Notes: a model not told the origin generated them from the letters alone. A stretch of DNA of 49,522 nt from Candidatus Hydrogenedentota bacterium (GCA_016182645.1 JACPGD010000157.1:1-49522), one strand, 5' to 3'; numbered from the stretch's first letter, positions 18,436-28,685 are shown. Program-made: numbers and translations.

Positions 18436-18882
18436 ATGCTCAGCATGGCCGACACGACTACACGCATGGAATTGCTGGAGCGGTTGCGGCGCTTGACTCC
18501 CAGCACACCACGGCGCTGGGGGCGGATGACAGCACCGCAGATGGTGGCCCACTTGACGGACCAGATGCGACACACCCTCGGTGATGTACCGTGCCGGCCG
18601 GTGCGCAGTATTGTGCGCTGGCCCATCATTCGGACGCTGGCGCTGTATTGGGTTCCCTGGCCCAAGGGAAGGATCCAGGGGCCGCCCGATGCATTTGTGA
18701 CGCAACCCGTGGATTGGGACTCTGACATAGCCACGCTCGTGGCGCTGGTGGAGCGCTTTGGCGAGCGCAAATCGGCGGGAGGCTGGCCCAACCATGCCCT
18801 GTTCGGTACGATGGGTGAGGAGGACTGGGGATTCTTTTGTCACAAGCACTTCGACCACCATCTACGGCAGTTCGGCCTGTAA
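18436..18882 (+). CDS. DUF1569 / DinB-superfamily protein
   Basis: The pattern RWGRMTAPQMVAHLTD...HALFGTMGEEDWGFFCHKHFDHHLRQFGL matches my recollection of the DUF1569 family ending. Confidence 0.7.
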   Translation: MLSMADTTTRMELLERLRRLTPSTPRRWGRMTAPQMVAHLTDQMRHTLGDVPCRPVRSIVRWPIIRTLALYWVPWPKGRIQGPPDAFVTQPVDWDSDIATLVALVERFGERKSAGGWPNHALFGTMGEEDWGFFCHKHFDHHLRQFGL

Positions 18883-18903
18883 GCGACAGACAGAGACGAA
18901 AAA

Positions 18904-18932
18904 GGGGTGAAGATATGAGCTATCTTCACCCC
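18904..18932. terminator. Hairpin terminator between convergent genes
   Basis: A 12-bp perfect stem (GGGGTGAAGATA / TATCTTCACCCC) with a 5-nt loop (tgagc). An A5 run precedes it on the + strand, which reads as a T-run on the minus strand. It therefore fits a rho-independent terminator for the minus-strand gene ending at 18954. It may also stop the + strand gene. Confidence 0.6.
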
Positions 18933-18953
18933 GATTGCGGCAAATAATGGCGC

Positions 18954-20396
18954 TTACTTTCCGGAGCTTAAGAATCCCTTCGGGGGATTGGGCACTTCGG
19001 GCAGGCCGTGCGGGTAAGTGTCGGGGACGACGCGCACGGGCGTGGTGAACTTAAACGGCGCGGCTTCGGTGGGCCCGGCATAGGTGAGTTCGATCATGAA
19101 AGCGCGATAGCCCTGCTGCGGGGTTTCCACCTTGGCCTCGAACACACTGCCGCCAAGGTCCTGGAGCGGCGTGGCCTCCCAGATCTTCCCAATGGATTCG
19201 ACGCGGAAGTCACGGGCGTTCGGGTTAAAGGCCTGCCACAGCTTTACTTCGACCGGCTTGTCGATACTCATGACCCGGGTGGTGTCGGGCCCCGGGAAGG
19301 TCCACGAGTACTGGGGCAGGGACGTGCCGCCGATAATGGCCTGGTAGAAGGACAGAATGCTGTAGGCGGCGTCGGTTTCGTCCAGGCCGTGATCGCCGTT
19401 CGGGACATAACGCAGGCGTTTGGGGTTCGGAAGCTGATCATAGTAGAACTGCGACGAATCGGGCAGGAAGAACTGGTCGCCGGTGGCGTTCATCACCAGC
19501 TTGGGCATGGTGTAGCGGTCGCGATAGGTGAAAGGTTCGACAATCTTGAGCATCGCATCGTATTCGGGCGTGCCGGACCAATCCATTAGTCCCATTGCCT
19601 GGTAATCGCCCACGGCAGGCGCCCAGAAGCCGTAGGCTTTGTAGTGGTGTTGGAACGAAGGGACTACATTCAGCAGGTCAATCACGATGGGGATGATGCC
19701 GACGACGCGCTTGTCGACGGCGGCGGTGGTCCAGGTGGTCCAGCCGCGTTTCGAGCCACCCGCGACGACAAAGGAGTCAACCTCCGTAGTTCCGCCGGCC
19801 TCGGTTGCCATGAAGCCCTGGACGGCGTCCATCGCGCGGACAGCGCCCTTGGTCATAGGCAGGCGTGCAAGCCACATCGGGTCACCGGTGCGCAGGTACT
19901 TGTCCCAGGTATAGGAAATGAACTCGTCTTCGACGCGCGGCGTGCCGTCGGCCTTGAAGATGAGAGGCTGGTTGGGGATCTGGCCGAGCATGACCACGAC
20001 GCCGCCGCTGGCCTTGGCCATCTGAATAAACTCTTCCTCACCGCCCTGGGGGACCTCATCGCGGTTGCGCCCGCCGCCAATGAACAGCAGCGCGGTCTTG
20101 CTACGGACTTCATCCGGCTTGGCAATGATGACCCAGTGTTTCCAGACGGGCCGATCCACTTCTTCGGGTGCGGGCCAGGTCTGCGAAGTGACATTGAGCA
20201 TGAACAGGGTGTAGCCATCGCCGTCCACGGTGTTGGCCAGCTCATAGGCGAAGCTATCATCCGGCGCGGCCACATAACTGTCCAGCGGCGTGGGATGCTT
20301 TGTCTCGCGGGCGGTCCCGGCTTCGCGTGTCGTCACGCAGCCGGACAGGAATGTCAGGGCAAGCACCGGCACTGCGAAATTGATTAATCGTCGCAT
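18954..20396 (-). CDS. PhoPQ-activated pathogenicity-related (PqaA-type) alpha/beta-hydrolase-like lipoprotein
   Basis: Start ATG 20396 follows GGAGG. Lipobox LALTFLSGC. Segments VWKHWVIIAKP, ALLFIGGG, VVAGGSKRGWTTWTTAAVDKRV and IPIVIDLLN resemble the PqaA family as I recall it. Confidence 0.6.
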   Translation of the reverse strand: MRRLINFAVPVLALTFLSGCVTTREAGTARETKHPTPLDSYVAAPDDSFAYELANTVDGDGYTLFMLNVTSQTWPAPEEVDRPVWKHWVIIAKPDEVRSKTALLFIGGGRNRDEVPQGGEEEFIQMAKASGGVVVMLGQIPNQPLIFKADGTPRVEDEFISYTWDKYLRTGDPMWLARLPMTKGAVRAMDAVQGFMATEAGGTTEVDSFVVAGGSKRGWTTWTTAAVDKRVVGIIPIVIDLLNVVPSFQHHYKAYGFWAPAVGDYQAMGLMDWSGTPEYDAMLKIVEPFTYRDRYTMPKLVMNATGDQFFLPDSSQFYYDQLPNPKRLRYVPNGDHGLDETDAAYSILSFYQAIIGGTSLPQYSWTFPGPDTTRVMSIDKPVEVKLWQAFNPNARDFRVESIGKIWEATPLQDLGGSVFEAKVETPQQGYRAFMIELTYAGPTEAAPFKFTTPVRVVPDTYPHGLPEVPNPPKGFLSSGK

Positions 20397-20577
20397 GAAA
20401 AGGATCCTCCCCTTGGAAAAAATTCGGGACCAAGCCAACTACACACAGAACCTTAGACTCGGGACGAGCCGGCGCGGCTACACCTGGTGGTCCGGGGGCG
20501 CCACCCCTCGGGCGAAGCCCGCAATAGTCTCAGAGCGGGGGGTGTGGCACCCCCCCCGCCGCTACCAGGACGTCAAG

Positions 20578-21724
20578 TTAGTTTGCCGGTGCGGCCGGGG
20601 GCACGGGTGGCGCCGGGGGCTTTGCCGGAGGAACTGGCTGCTCCGCTGGCCGACGAATCCCTGTGGGCACCTGTCCGGTCGGCCCAACCCGCACGGGCCG
20701 ATTCGCGCCGGCGGGCACCGCGGGCATCTTTGACACCACGAAGGGGAGTTTGATTTCCGGATGGTTGGGAATGTCCGTCTGGATGACGAGTTCCTTGCCT
20801 TCGAGCGTGCCGTCGAGGGGCATATTGCTCAGGCGCACCAGGTAGTCGTTCTTCCCGCGGGGGGTAATCTCCGCCGTCACGGAATCGACGGGGGTCACGA
20901 CGCTCTTGATGGTGAATTCTTTGACCCTGCCCGCGGCAATACGAAGGTACTGGCTGCTCGTTTCGCCGGCCTTATCGCTGCGGCGCAGCATGATTTGCTG
21001 CGGTGAAATCTCGAGATCACCGACCACCTGGGCCGTCACGGTCGCTATGATGTTGTCGGCCTTGGGGTTATCCGTATGGACAGTTAAACGCGCGGAATGG
21101 AAGCCTGGTGACGACGATCTCGTATTTGGCGCCGTCTTCGATGGCCTTCACTTCCGTGGCGAACTGGTCCGGCGCCGTGGATTCAACGGAGGTAACATGG
21201 ATGGGGCGGCGTTTTTCGTCGATCAGGACAGAAATCGTACCGCTGACCGGTTTATCGTCGATCACGCGTCCGAAATTCAGGTTGCGGGGCTCGATATTGA
21301 CACTGGCAATCGCCGTACCGGTCAGGGTGAGCCGATAGAGGGGCTGGGCGGGGTCGTTGGACTCGACAGTTAGGTACTTGGTTTGGACACCCTGCTTGCC
21401 CTTGATGGACATGGTGGCGGAAACGATCGTTTCGGCGCCGGGTTGCAGGCTCTTCTCCTTGAGTTCGGCCACGGTACAGCCGCACGAAGTCTTTACACGC
21501 GCGATTTCGAGGAGGGCGTCCCCCACGTTCTTAATGACGAAATCGTGCTCGACCTTCTCCTCATTATCGATAGAACCGAAATCGAATTCCGGTTCCGGGC
21601 TTTCAATCTTGGGGCCACCCTGGGGGGCGGCGGCGGGCGCGTCCTGGGCCACTGCCGCTGGGACGAGCCAGACACTGGCGGCGATAAGCACGGCCACGGC
21701 AGAACACTGAACTGTGGTTCTCAC
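20578..21724 (-). pseudogene. DUF1573 domain protein interrupted by a single frameshift (ORFs 21068..21724 and 20578..21147)
   Basis: The N-terminal ORF has a signal peptide and the DUF1573 signature FDFGSIDNEEKVEHDFVIKNVGDALLEIARVKTSCGCT. Its frame ends ..EIVVTRLPFRAFNCPYG*. The neighbouring frame is open from 21147 and reads ..PGFHSARLTVHTDNPKADNIIATVTAQVVGDLEISPQQ.., continuing to 20578. This looks like an uninterrupted continuation of the same protein. Confidence 0.6.
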
Positions 21725-21836
21725 GGCAGATCTCCTACTCGATAGACTTCGGAACGGAAAACATTGGGGGATAAGCCCCTAAAAATACTCCAGGGATTGA
21801 AAAAATGCAACTTGCCAGCAAACCGACGCCTGGGGG

Positions 21837-21872
21837 ATGGACCTGATGGACATTATGGACGCAGGGGACGCG
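21837..21872 (+). repeat. 9-bp tandem repeat (ATGGACCTG ATGGACATT ATGGACGCA GGGGACGCG)
   Basis: Four units overlap the stop codon and last codons of the minus-strand gene that ends at 21853. Confidence 0.75.
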
Positions 21873-23280
21873 GACTATTTGGGGCCTCCCCTTCGACTGG
21901 CGCCGTGACCGGCTCGGGACTGGCTTCGCGCGCTGGCATCGTGTCTGGCATGCGAAAGACCTTGGATTGGGCCGCATCGTAGAAATAAAGCCTCGAGGCA
22001 GACAACTTGCGGCAGTCGCCATCGGCCCAGAAGGACCAAAACCCTGGTTGGGCGTTGAGCGGACGGCGGGCGTAGGTATGGTTGTAGGCGCTATTCTGGG
22101 TCAGTTGTGCTTTTCGCTGCCAGTGGGCGCCTTCATCGCGGGATTCCCAGAGAATCACCTCGCCGCCGGGATTGTACGCCTGCGGCCCGGGCTCTGTGGG
22201 TGCGACCACTATCCAGGCGCCGGCTTCCGCCACATACAGGCTGCCCATGTCGTAGTTGCTGTCCGCCGGGGTGATGTCGTTCAGCACCCATTCGTTCCCG
22301 GTCCAGTGCGCTGTGCGCCAGGTCCGGGGGCCGTTCTCGGGGCCCGGCTGCCAGCCTTGAGTGACGATGTGCAGGACAATGGGCCGCCCGGCGGCGTCGT
22401 AGTTCAGGTCACAGAGGTAGACTTTCAGCCCGTCGGCCTCATAATCGTGTACCAATGCCGGCGTGCGCTTGTCACGGAGTGGCGTTTCGAGGGTCTCCCC
22501 CGCGACGGTGCGCCAAGTTTCCCCAAAGTCGCCGGTTTCCACGTAATAGATGTTCGTCCGGTGGTTCAGACCCTTGCCTTTCGGGTGGTAATTGAAGGCC
22601 GTCCCGACTTTCTCGCCCCAAGGCCAACTGATCTGATAGTGGCCTTCCTCCATGTGGGCCAGCAGCCGCGGTTCGGTCCAGGTGCGTCCCTCGGGGCTGG
22701 TCTGCCAGTGCAGCCCGCGCCCGTCCTTGTAGCGCGTGTGCAGGAAGAGGAATCCCTTTCCCGGCAGGAACCACGGTTGGGGATAGGAAAAGTTTGTCTC
22801 CAAAATCGTCGTAAACCCGTCGATGCTGTAGGGGCCATTGCTCCGCATGATCCAGGCGGGGCGGGCGATCCCATGCGCGCTGAGGAAAACCCACAGGTAG
22901 CCGTCATTGTCCAGGGCCAGCACCGGATTGTCGTGGGCGTCGTCGGTCCCTTTTTCCATGAGAAGATGCGGGCGCGGCAGTTTGCCGGTGGTGTGGTCGT
23001 AGTAGCTGACCATCTCGACAAGAGTGTTCTGGCCACGCAAGGTTCCTCCGTAAACGAAGAAGGTCTTGTTCACTGCCGGTGCATACACGGCCATGGGGAT
23101 GTGGTCGGCCGTGTAGGTGCCCAATCCGCCGCTGTATTTGTAGACATACTCGTCCTGCGTCGGCTGATTGGAATACCAGATGCCCAGGTAGCCGTCGTAT
23201 TCGATGCCCTGGAGTTCGGTGTGTGCCGGTTGCGCGATTATGGCCGTGAGGACCAAGGCGGAGTGGATCAGAACTTTCAT
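21853..23280 (-). CDS. Secreted BNR-4-like beta-propeller protein (function unknown)
   Basis: Signal peptide MKVLIHSALVLTAIIAQPAHT. Asp-box-like motifs are TSPEGRTW, TGDFGETW and SRDEGAHW. The overall pattern (DNPVLALDNDGYLWVFLSAHG) recalls BNR-4 repeat proteins. The Pro-rich C-terminal tail overlaps a 9-bp repeat. Confidence 0.5.
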   Translation of the reverse strand: MKVLIHSALVLTAIIAQPAHTELQGIEYDGYLGIWYSNQPTQDEYVYKYSGGLGTYTADHIPMAVYAPAVNKTFFVYGGTLRGQNTLVEMVSYYDHTTGKLPRPHLLMEKGTDDAHDNPVLALDNDGYLWVFLSAHGIARPAWIMRSNGPYSIDGFTTILETNFSYPQPWFLPGKGFLFLHTRYKDGRGLHWQTSPEGRTWTEPRLLAHMEEGHYQISWPWGEKVGTAFNYHPKGKGLNHRTNIYYVETGDFGETWRTVAGETLETPLRDKRTPALVHDYEADGLKVYLCDLNYDAAGRPIVLHIVTQGWQPGPENGPRTWRTAHWTGNEWVLNDITPADSNYDMGSLYVAEAGAWIVVAPTEPGPQAYNPGGEVILWESRDEGAHWQRKAQLTQNSAYNHTYARRPLNAQPGFWSFWADGDCRKLSASRLYFYDAAQSKVFRMPDTMPAREASPEPVTAPVEGEAPNSPRPLRP

Positions 23281-23453
23281 GTGAGTCGAGTCCCCGATAC
23301 TTGAAAACTGGATGTGCAGGATAGCTTAAACGGGCCGATGGAGGACACAGAAGGGAAGCAGAGGAAGGATGCGTGGTAAAGGTGTGGTTGCAATCCAAGT
23401 GTTCTGGGGGGAGAATAGCGCGACGTGGAACTTTGGGCTGGGAGTGAACGAGA

Positions 23454-24506
23454 ATGGTTGCAACACGAGTTTTGGCTATTTGTCTGGCAGTGATGGCCTT
23501 GTTGTCCTTTGGTTCGGCAGCAGCAGAACAAGGCAAGGAAATTTACGGCCAGGACGACCGCATCGAAGTGTTCGAGGAGAGCGATCCCTTTGTCCGCTCG
23601 CTGGCGGCGGCGGTGTGCGTTCTGGCCGATGCCGATGAACTCCACCAGAATGGCAACGGCACCTTTACCTTGTTGCACAAGCCCAATGTCCTCGAAGGCA
23701 ACAATGGAGAAGAACTGCCGCTCTGCGCGGACGAAGCCTTTTCCGACCAGCCGTACCTCGGGTTCTGCACGGGATTCCTGATTGCGGAAGACCTGATTGC
23801 GACCGCCGGCCATTGCCTGGAGGGGACCGATCCCTCAACGATACGCATCGTTTTCGGCTGGGAAATGCAAAATACCACGACGCCCGTCTCGACGGTGGAT
23901 GCAGAAAACGTCTATTCTGTCGAGGAAGTCGTTGAGGAAGTGCTCAACTTCGCGCAGGACCATTCGGTGTTGCGGCTGGACCGGCCCGTCACACTGGCGG
24001 GTGTGACACCGTTGGAAGTGCGCCTCTCGGGACGCGTGCCGGACGCCGCCCGGGTCGGCATTATCGGCCACCCCATGGGCCTGCCCAAGAAAATTGCCTA
24101 TGGGCCTAGTACGCGCGTTGGAGGCAATCTTCGACCCTACGTTTTTTTCGCCAATTTCGATGCTTCCGGCGGCAACTCCGGCTCGCCCGTGTTTAACCAG
24201 GAAACGGGTGTTGTGGAAGGCATCTATGTGTTCAGCCAGGTGGATGACTTCATCGTGGACGGGGACTGCTTTCGCCTGAACCGTGTCGATGACGGGGTCG
24301 CGGGGCAGGGTGTGGCCCGGAGCACCAATTTTGCGCATCTCCTCCCGGAGGGGCCGGTCGACCCGAAGCTGCTGCCTGCCTGCGGGTTGGATACGACAAA
24401 TGGACACAGCGGAAGTGTGGGGGACGTCTTTCTCGCCGCGGCCTGTGTTGGCGCACTTGGCTGGCGCTGCTGCCGTCCCCGTGCGGAGCCAGCCGCACAG
24501 AGGTAA
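23454..24506 (+). CDS. Trypsin-like (S1B/V8-like) serine protease, paralog 1, with a C-terminal Cys-Gly/hydrophobic/basic tail
   Basis: Signal peptide. Catalytic His in IATAGHC, Asp in DHSVLRLDRP, Ser in GGNSGSPVF. Tail: PKLLPACG-(14 aa)-FLAAACVGALGW-RCCRPR. Confidence 0.85.
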   Translation: MVATRVLAICLAVMALLSFGSAAAEQGKEIYGQDDRIEVFEESDPFVRSLAAAVCVLADADELHQNGNGTFTLLHKPNVLEGNNGEELPLCADEAFSDQPYLGFCTGFLIAEDLIATAGHCLEGTDPSTIRIVFGWEMQNTTTPVSTVDAENVYSVEEVVEEVLNFAQDHSVLRLDRPVTLAGVTPLEVRLSGRVPDAARVGIIGHPMGLPKKIAYGPSTRVGGNLRPYVFFANFDASGGNSGSPVFNQETGVVEGIYVFSQVDDFIVDGDCFRLNRVDDGVAGQGVARSTNFAHLLPEGPVDPKLLPACGLDTTNGHSGSVGDVFLAAACVGALGWRCCRPRAEPAAQR

Positions 24507-24510
24507 ACCG

Positions 24511-25587
24511 ATGCCAGTAACCAGTTGTTCATGGTGTTGGCTCGCAACGATCTCGCTGGCGGGCGGTGTGGCATTCGCGGTCAACGAGAAACAAATTCAC
24601 GGGAATGACGACCGCATCGAGGTGTACGAAGAAACTGATGCGACCATCCTCGCCCTGTCACGCTCGGTCTGTGCGCTGGTGGCCGACGAGAATTGTCAGG
24701 ACAATAGCGACGGCACGCACATGCTCGTTCCGTTTGAATTCACGTTTACGGATGGTTTCGGCTTCCCGGTGTTTTTCTGCGAGGATGAGCCGTTTCTCGA
24801 CCAGCCGAGCGTGGCTTTTTGTACCGGCTTTCTTGTCGCTCCCGACGTGATTGCGACGGCGGGTCACTGTGTGGAAGAGGGGGACATCACCGGCATTCGC
24901 GTGGTCTTTGGATGGGAAATGCTCGATGCAGAAACGCCCGCGTCGGTGGTTCCCAATGAGCAGGTTTACTACGTGACCGAAGTCGTCGATGCCGTCTCGC
25001 AATACCTGAGTCTTCCGCTGCTCGTGGACAGGCTGCGGCTACGGGTGCGAGATTACGCGGTATTGCGTCTTGATCGCCCAGTGACCGTCCCTGGGGCCGC
25101 GCCGTTGCCGCTCCGGACTTTCGGGCATGTGCCGAGCGGTGCGCTGCTGGGCATTATCGGACACCCCATGGGATTGCCGAAAAAGATCGCCTTCAATGCG
25201 ACCACGCGGCCGCGGGACAATCTGCATCCGGATTTCTTTTTCACGAATCTGGACAACCTTGGCGGCAACTCGGGTTCGCCGGTCTTTAACAGACAGACCG
25301 GAGTGGTAGAAGGGATCGCCATCTTCGACAATGTATCTTCGCTATGGACGCTGGAGGACGGGTGCGTTCGGCCGCTGCGTGTTCCCGAGGGAGAAGCCCG
25401 GTCGGGCGTCCTGCGCAGCGCCATGTTGTCTCACTTGACGGCCGGAGGCCGAATCATGCCCAAACTGTTGCCGGTGTGCGGCGGGCAGGCGTCCCCCGAG
25501 AGCAACGCTGCCGATATCCTCGTGGCCGGGGTGGCGGCCGTGCTGTTGCTGGGGCATCTTTTGGGAAAGCGCTGCCGTGCATCCTGA
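24511..25587 (+). CDS. Trypsin-like (S1B/V8-like) serine protease, paralog 2, with a C-terminal Cys-Gly/hydrophobic/basic tail
   Basis: Collinear with paralog 1 (IHGNDDRIEVYEE, FCTGFLVAPDVIATAGHC, DYAVLRLDRPVT, IIGHPMGLPKKIAF, GGNSGSPVFNRQTGVVEGI). I chose start ATG 24511, 4 nt after the upstream stop, by alignment with paralog 1. Tail: PKLLPVCG-(11 aa)-ILVAGVAAVLLLGHLLG-KRCRAS. Confidence 0.85.
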   Translation: MPVTSCSWCWLATISLAGGVAFAVNEKQIHGNDDRIEVYEETDATILALSRSVCALVADENCQDNSDGTHMLVPFEFTFTDGFGFPVFFCEDEPFLDQPSVAFCTGFLVAPDVIATAGHCVEEGDITGIRVVFGWEMLDAETPASVVPNEQVYYVTEVVDAVSQYLSLPLLVDRLRLRVRDYAVLRLDRPVTVPGAAPLPLRTFGHVPSGALLGIIGHPMGLPKKIAFNATTRPRDNLHPDFFFTNLDNLGGNSGSPVFNRQTGVVEGIAIFDNVSSLWTLEDGCVRPLRVPEGEARSGVLRSAMLSHLTAGGRIMPKLLPVCGGQASPESNAADILVAGVAAVLLLGHLLGKRCRAS

Positions 25588-25594
25588 AGACGTC

Positions 25595-27739
25595 ATGTCC
25601 CGCGGCCCGCGGACATCGAGGCGGATTGGGCTGTTCCTGGCCATGATTGTGGGCGCAGTGGGCTTCCTCTTCTTGCTCTATGCCATGCCGGTGCAGCGGC
25701 TGGGCATGCTGCTGATTCTGGGCCGCGCCGATCTCTGGGGCTATTTCGGCCCCATGGCCTTCTATTTTGATCACGCGCTCCACGGTGGGGAGTGGCCTGA
25801 ATGGAATCCGCTGCTGTTTTGCGGGACACCATTCACCGCGAACCCGCAGGCGGCCGTGTACTATCCACCACACTTGCTGCGGGGCTTGCTGACTGTCTGG
25901 GCGACGCCGGCCGCGTCTTTCCTGTCAATTTTTGCGCTCGAATTGGCGCACCTGCTCCTCGCGATTATGGGCACCTTTCTGTTTTGCCGCGCCCACCGGT
26001 TATCGCAGGGCCCTTCCTTCGTGGCGGCGCTCCTCTACGCGGGCAGTGCCGCCGTCACTTTCCGGATGGTCCAGCATTGGCAGTTTGTTGCGATGACCGC
26101 CTGGTTGCCTTGGCTGCTCCTGGTCCTCAGGAAGGCGGCCTGTCAACCAGCCCGCGCGGCGGTCCTTCGTTGGGGCCTGGTGGCGGGCGCGGTTTTCGGC
26201 TTGAGCGTGCTCATAGGATTTCCCCAGTTGACGCTCTACCTCGCGGTGTACAGTGTTGCTTATGTTTTCCTGGAACGGTCTCTTGATATTCGCGCCGCGG
26301 CCTCTCCATCTTCCCCGGCGTCCTTTCGCCTTCGACTTCGACGGTTGATGCGCGCGGACGTTCCCATCCTTGCCGTAATGGGCTTGGTCGGCGGGCTCTT
26401 GGCGGCGCCCATGCTCGTGCCGGCGGCGGAACTGGCCGGGTATAGCGCGCGCGCAAAGACCATCGCGTCCGACGAGGAACTCCTGAACCCGAAGGCGCTC
26501 AATCCCTTTACGCACCCCGTGGATCTGTTCCAGGCGCTCATCTATTATCCGGGGAGTCACGGGATCCGGCTGGTGGGCGGCGGCTGTTTTCTGCTGGCGC
26601 TGGCCGCACTTCTGCACAAGAACCGCCGCCAGGCCGCCGTTTTCTTCTGTCTCCTGCTCGTCGCGCTGGATCTCTGTCTGGGTGCCCCTTTTCCGCTCGC
26701 GTCTCTGGTGTCGGCCCTTGCGCCGTTCAAGATCGCCGGACCTGAACGCGCTTCGCTCTTTGCGGCGTTTGCCCTGGCGGTGTTGGCGGCGCATGGACTG
26801 GAGACGATGTGGGCGCCGCTTCGCGCGCGCACCGTTTTCGGCGTGTCCCTGTTTGCCGCATTCGGCGTTACGGCGCTCGGCGCGCTCCTGGAATGGGTGG
26901 TACTTGATCCTGAATATGAAGTCACGCCCATCGTCTGGGTGCTCCCGTGCTTGTGTTTCACGATCTATCTCGTCCATGTGCTCGGAAATCGTCTGCCTGG
27001 TGCGCGCCTGGTCTTCCTTTTTATTGCGGCGATGGCCTTGGCGGAACAAGTTCTCTGGGGACACGCCTTCCTCGAGTTCCTGGTGCGCCAGGACAGTTCG
27101 CGCCTTGATCCGGCCGTTTTGAGAGTGCCGGCGGAGTGGTCGAGAGAGAATGCCCGGGAAACGGGCGAACACTGGCTGGAAAACGCGAAGATGTTTTCGC
27201 TGACCCCGGTGATCAACGGTTATGATCCCCTCGTGGTGGAAGCGGTGCGGCAGTTTATCAGCGGTCCTGACAGCGCGCACCGCTACAATCGGCGCGTCTA
27301 TGCGGAGGAAGTCTTACGAGCGGAGCATTCGCATCAGGCAGTCGCTGGCCGGCGCTTCTGGCTGGCCGATCGTCTTGCCGGCATGCCCCCCATCTTCCAC
27401 GCGGACGACCCGCCTGGTGGCCTGAGCATCATGCACGCCAGCGCCGATGCGATCACCGTGGAAGCCTCGGGCCTGACCGAGGCGCGTTATTTGGTGTTCG
27501 CCGAGACGGCCTATCCGGGCTGGTCGGCATCGGTTGATGGCAGGCCCGCGCCGATTGTCCCCGCGTGGGAAGTGTTCCAAGCGGTTTCACTGGGTCCTGG
27601 CAGCCACACCGTGCGCTTTGCCTTTCATTCGCCCAGCGTAGTCTTGGGCCGGGCGATTGGGCTAGGATCTTTAGGAGTCGTGTGTCTTGCAGTACCGGTG
27701 CTCCTTTGGTATGAGCGCCGGCAAAGGAGCCGGGTGTGA
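25595..27739 (+). CDS. Polytopic membrane protein, YfhO-like (GT-C-type) family
   Basis: More than 10 hydrophobic helices. The N-terminal pattern WNPLLFCGTPFTANPQAAVYYPPHLL resembles YfhO-family proteins. It has a C-terminal soluble domain and a final TM segment. The start is either ATG 25595 or GTG 25577, which overlaps the protease stop. Confidence 0.6.
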   Translation: MSRGPRTSRRIGLFLAMIVGAVGFLFLLYAMPVQRLGMLLILGRADLWGYFGPMAFYFDHALHGGEWPEWNPLLFCGTPFTANPQAAVYYPPHLLRGLLTVWATPAASFLSIFALELAHLLLAIMGTFLFCRAHRLSQGPSFVAALLYAGSAAVTFRMVQHWQFVAMTAWLPWLLLVLRKAACQPARAAVLRWGLVAGAVFGLSVLIGFPQLTLYLAVYSVAYVFLERSLDIRAAASPSSPASFRLRLRRLMRADVPILAVMGLVGGLLAAPMLVPAAELAGYSARAKTIASDEELLNPKALNPFTHPVDLFQALIYYPGSHGIRLVGGGCFLLALAALLHKNRRQAAVFFCLLLVALDLCLGAPFPLASLVSALAPFKIAGPERASLFAAFALAVLAAHGLETMWAPLRARTVFGVSLFAAFGVTALGALLEWVVLDPEYEVTPIVWVLPCLCFTIYLVHVLGNRLPGARLVFLFIAAMALAEQVLWGHAFLEFLVRQDSSRLDPAVLRVPAEWSRENARETGEHWLENAKMFSLTPVINGYDPLVVEAVRQFISGPDSAHRYNRRVYAEEVLRAEHSHQAVAGRRFWLADRLAGMPPIFHADDPPGGLSIMHASADAITVEASGLTEARYLVFAETAYPGWSASVDGRPAPIVPAWEVFQAVSLGPGSHTVRFAFHSPSVVLGRAIGLGSLGVVCLAVPVLLWYERRQRSRV

Positions 27740-28638
27740 AGAAGAAACTGTTGCTGATCCTGGCCGTGCTGGCCGTGCTGAGCGCGTCAGGCGTCTGGGG
27801 GTATCGGTGGGTCACCTACGAGAAGCTGGACCTCTCGAAGGTGCTGCCCTATGCTCAGACGGAGGCCGTTCCGAAACTAATTGAGCGGATAAAAAGCCAG
27901 CCGATCGGGCCGGAGGGTTTCACGTTTGTGGCGCTCGGGGACACGCGCACCAATTTCGCCATGGCCGAGAAAGTAGTCACCGCCGCGGCCGCCGAGAAGC
28001 CTGCGTTCATCCTGGCCAATGGCGATATTGTCCGGCGTGGGCGGCCGGAAGAGTACGAGTCGCATCATTTGCGGCTGGTAGACGCGATCAAGCCCATGCC
28101 CTTCATTACAGTGCCGGGGAACCACGAGGAAGGCCCGAACCGGGATTTTGAGGCCTTCCTGGCGATCTACGGACAGGAACAGTTCAGTTTCGACTACGGC
28201 AACGCGCGGTTTGTGGGCCTCAACAATTCGGGCCGGCTGGGAGTCACTTGGGCACACCTGCGCTACCTCGAGCAGGAATTGAGCAAGCCGGGGGTCAGCC
28301 ATAAGTTTGTGGTCTTCCACGTGCCGCCACGGGACATGGACATTTTCGTCGACTCTGAAGAAGGGCGCGGTTTTCGCTGGAACGCCAAGGCCTTCCGCAA
28401 GCTCATGTCCGAGCAACACGTGACGGCGGTGTTTATGGGGCATGTTCACGGTTTTGCCGAACAGACACTCGACGGCGTGCGTTACATCATTACCGGCGGC
28501 GCGGGCGCGAACCTCGCGGAGCGCCTGCCGGAGGAAGGCCGGGTGCATAATTATGTTCTCGTCCATGTCCAGCCCGCGGCCGTCAAGTTCGAGGTCGTGC
28601 GTTTGGTGGGCAACGAGTGGGTGCGCGGCGAGTTTTGA
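27736..28638 (+). CDS. Secreted or anchored metallophosphoesterase (calcineurin-like)
   Basis: Motifs FVALGDTR, ANGDIVRRG, VPGNHE, VVFHVPP and GHVHGF. Signal or anchor MKKKLLLILAVLAVLSASGVWG. The GTG start overlaps the upstream stop (GTGA). Confidence 0.85.
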   Translation: MKKKLLLILAVLAVLSASGVWGYRWVTYEKLDLSKVLPYAQTEAVPKLIERIKSQPIGPEGFTFVALGDTRTNFAMAEKVVTAAAAEKPAFILANGDIVRRGRPEEYESHHLRLVDAIKPMPFITVPGNHEEGPNRDFEAFLAIYGQEQFSFDYGNARFVGLNNSGRLGVTWAHLRYLEQELSKPGVSHKFVVFHVPPRDMDIFVDSEEGRGFRWNAKAFRKLMSEQHVTAVFMGHVHGFAEQTLDGVRYIITGGAGANLAERLPEEGRVHNYVLVHVQPAAVKFEVVRLVGNEWVRGEF

Positions 28639-28685
28639 TCACTTTCTCCGAAACATATCCGATACTGCGTGCGGCGTGTGACTGT

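Noticed and set aside
20535-20559. G6/C8 hairpin (gcggggggtg-tgg-cacccccccgc) downstream of the DUF1573 gene as a terminator
   Set aside because: The stem needs a 2-nt bulge, and no T-tract follows on the minus strand. It is possibly structural, but it is not a convincing intrinsic terminator.
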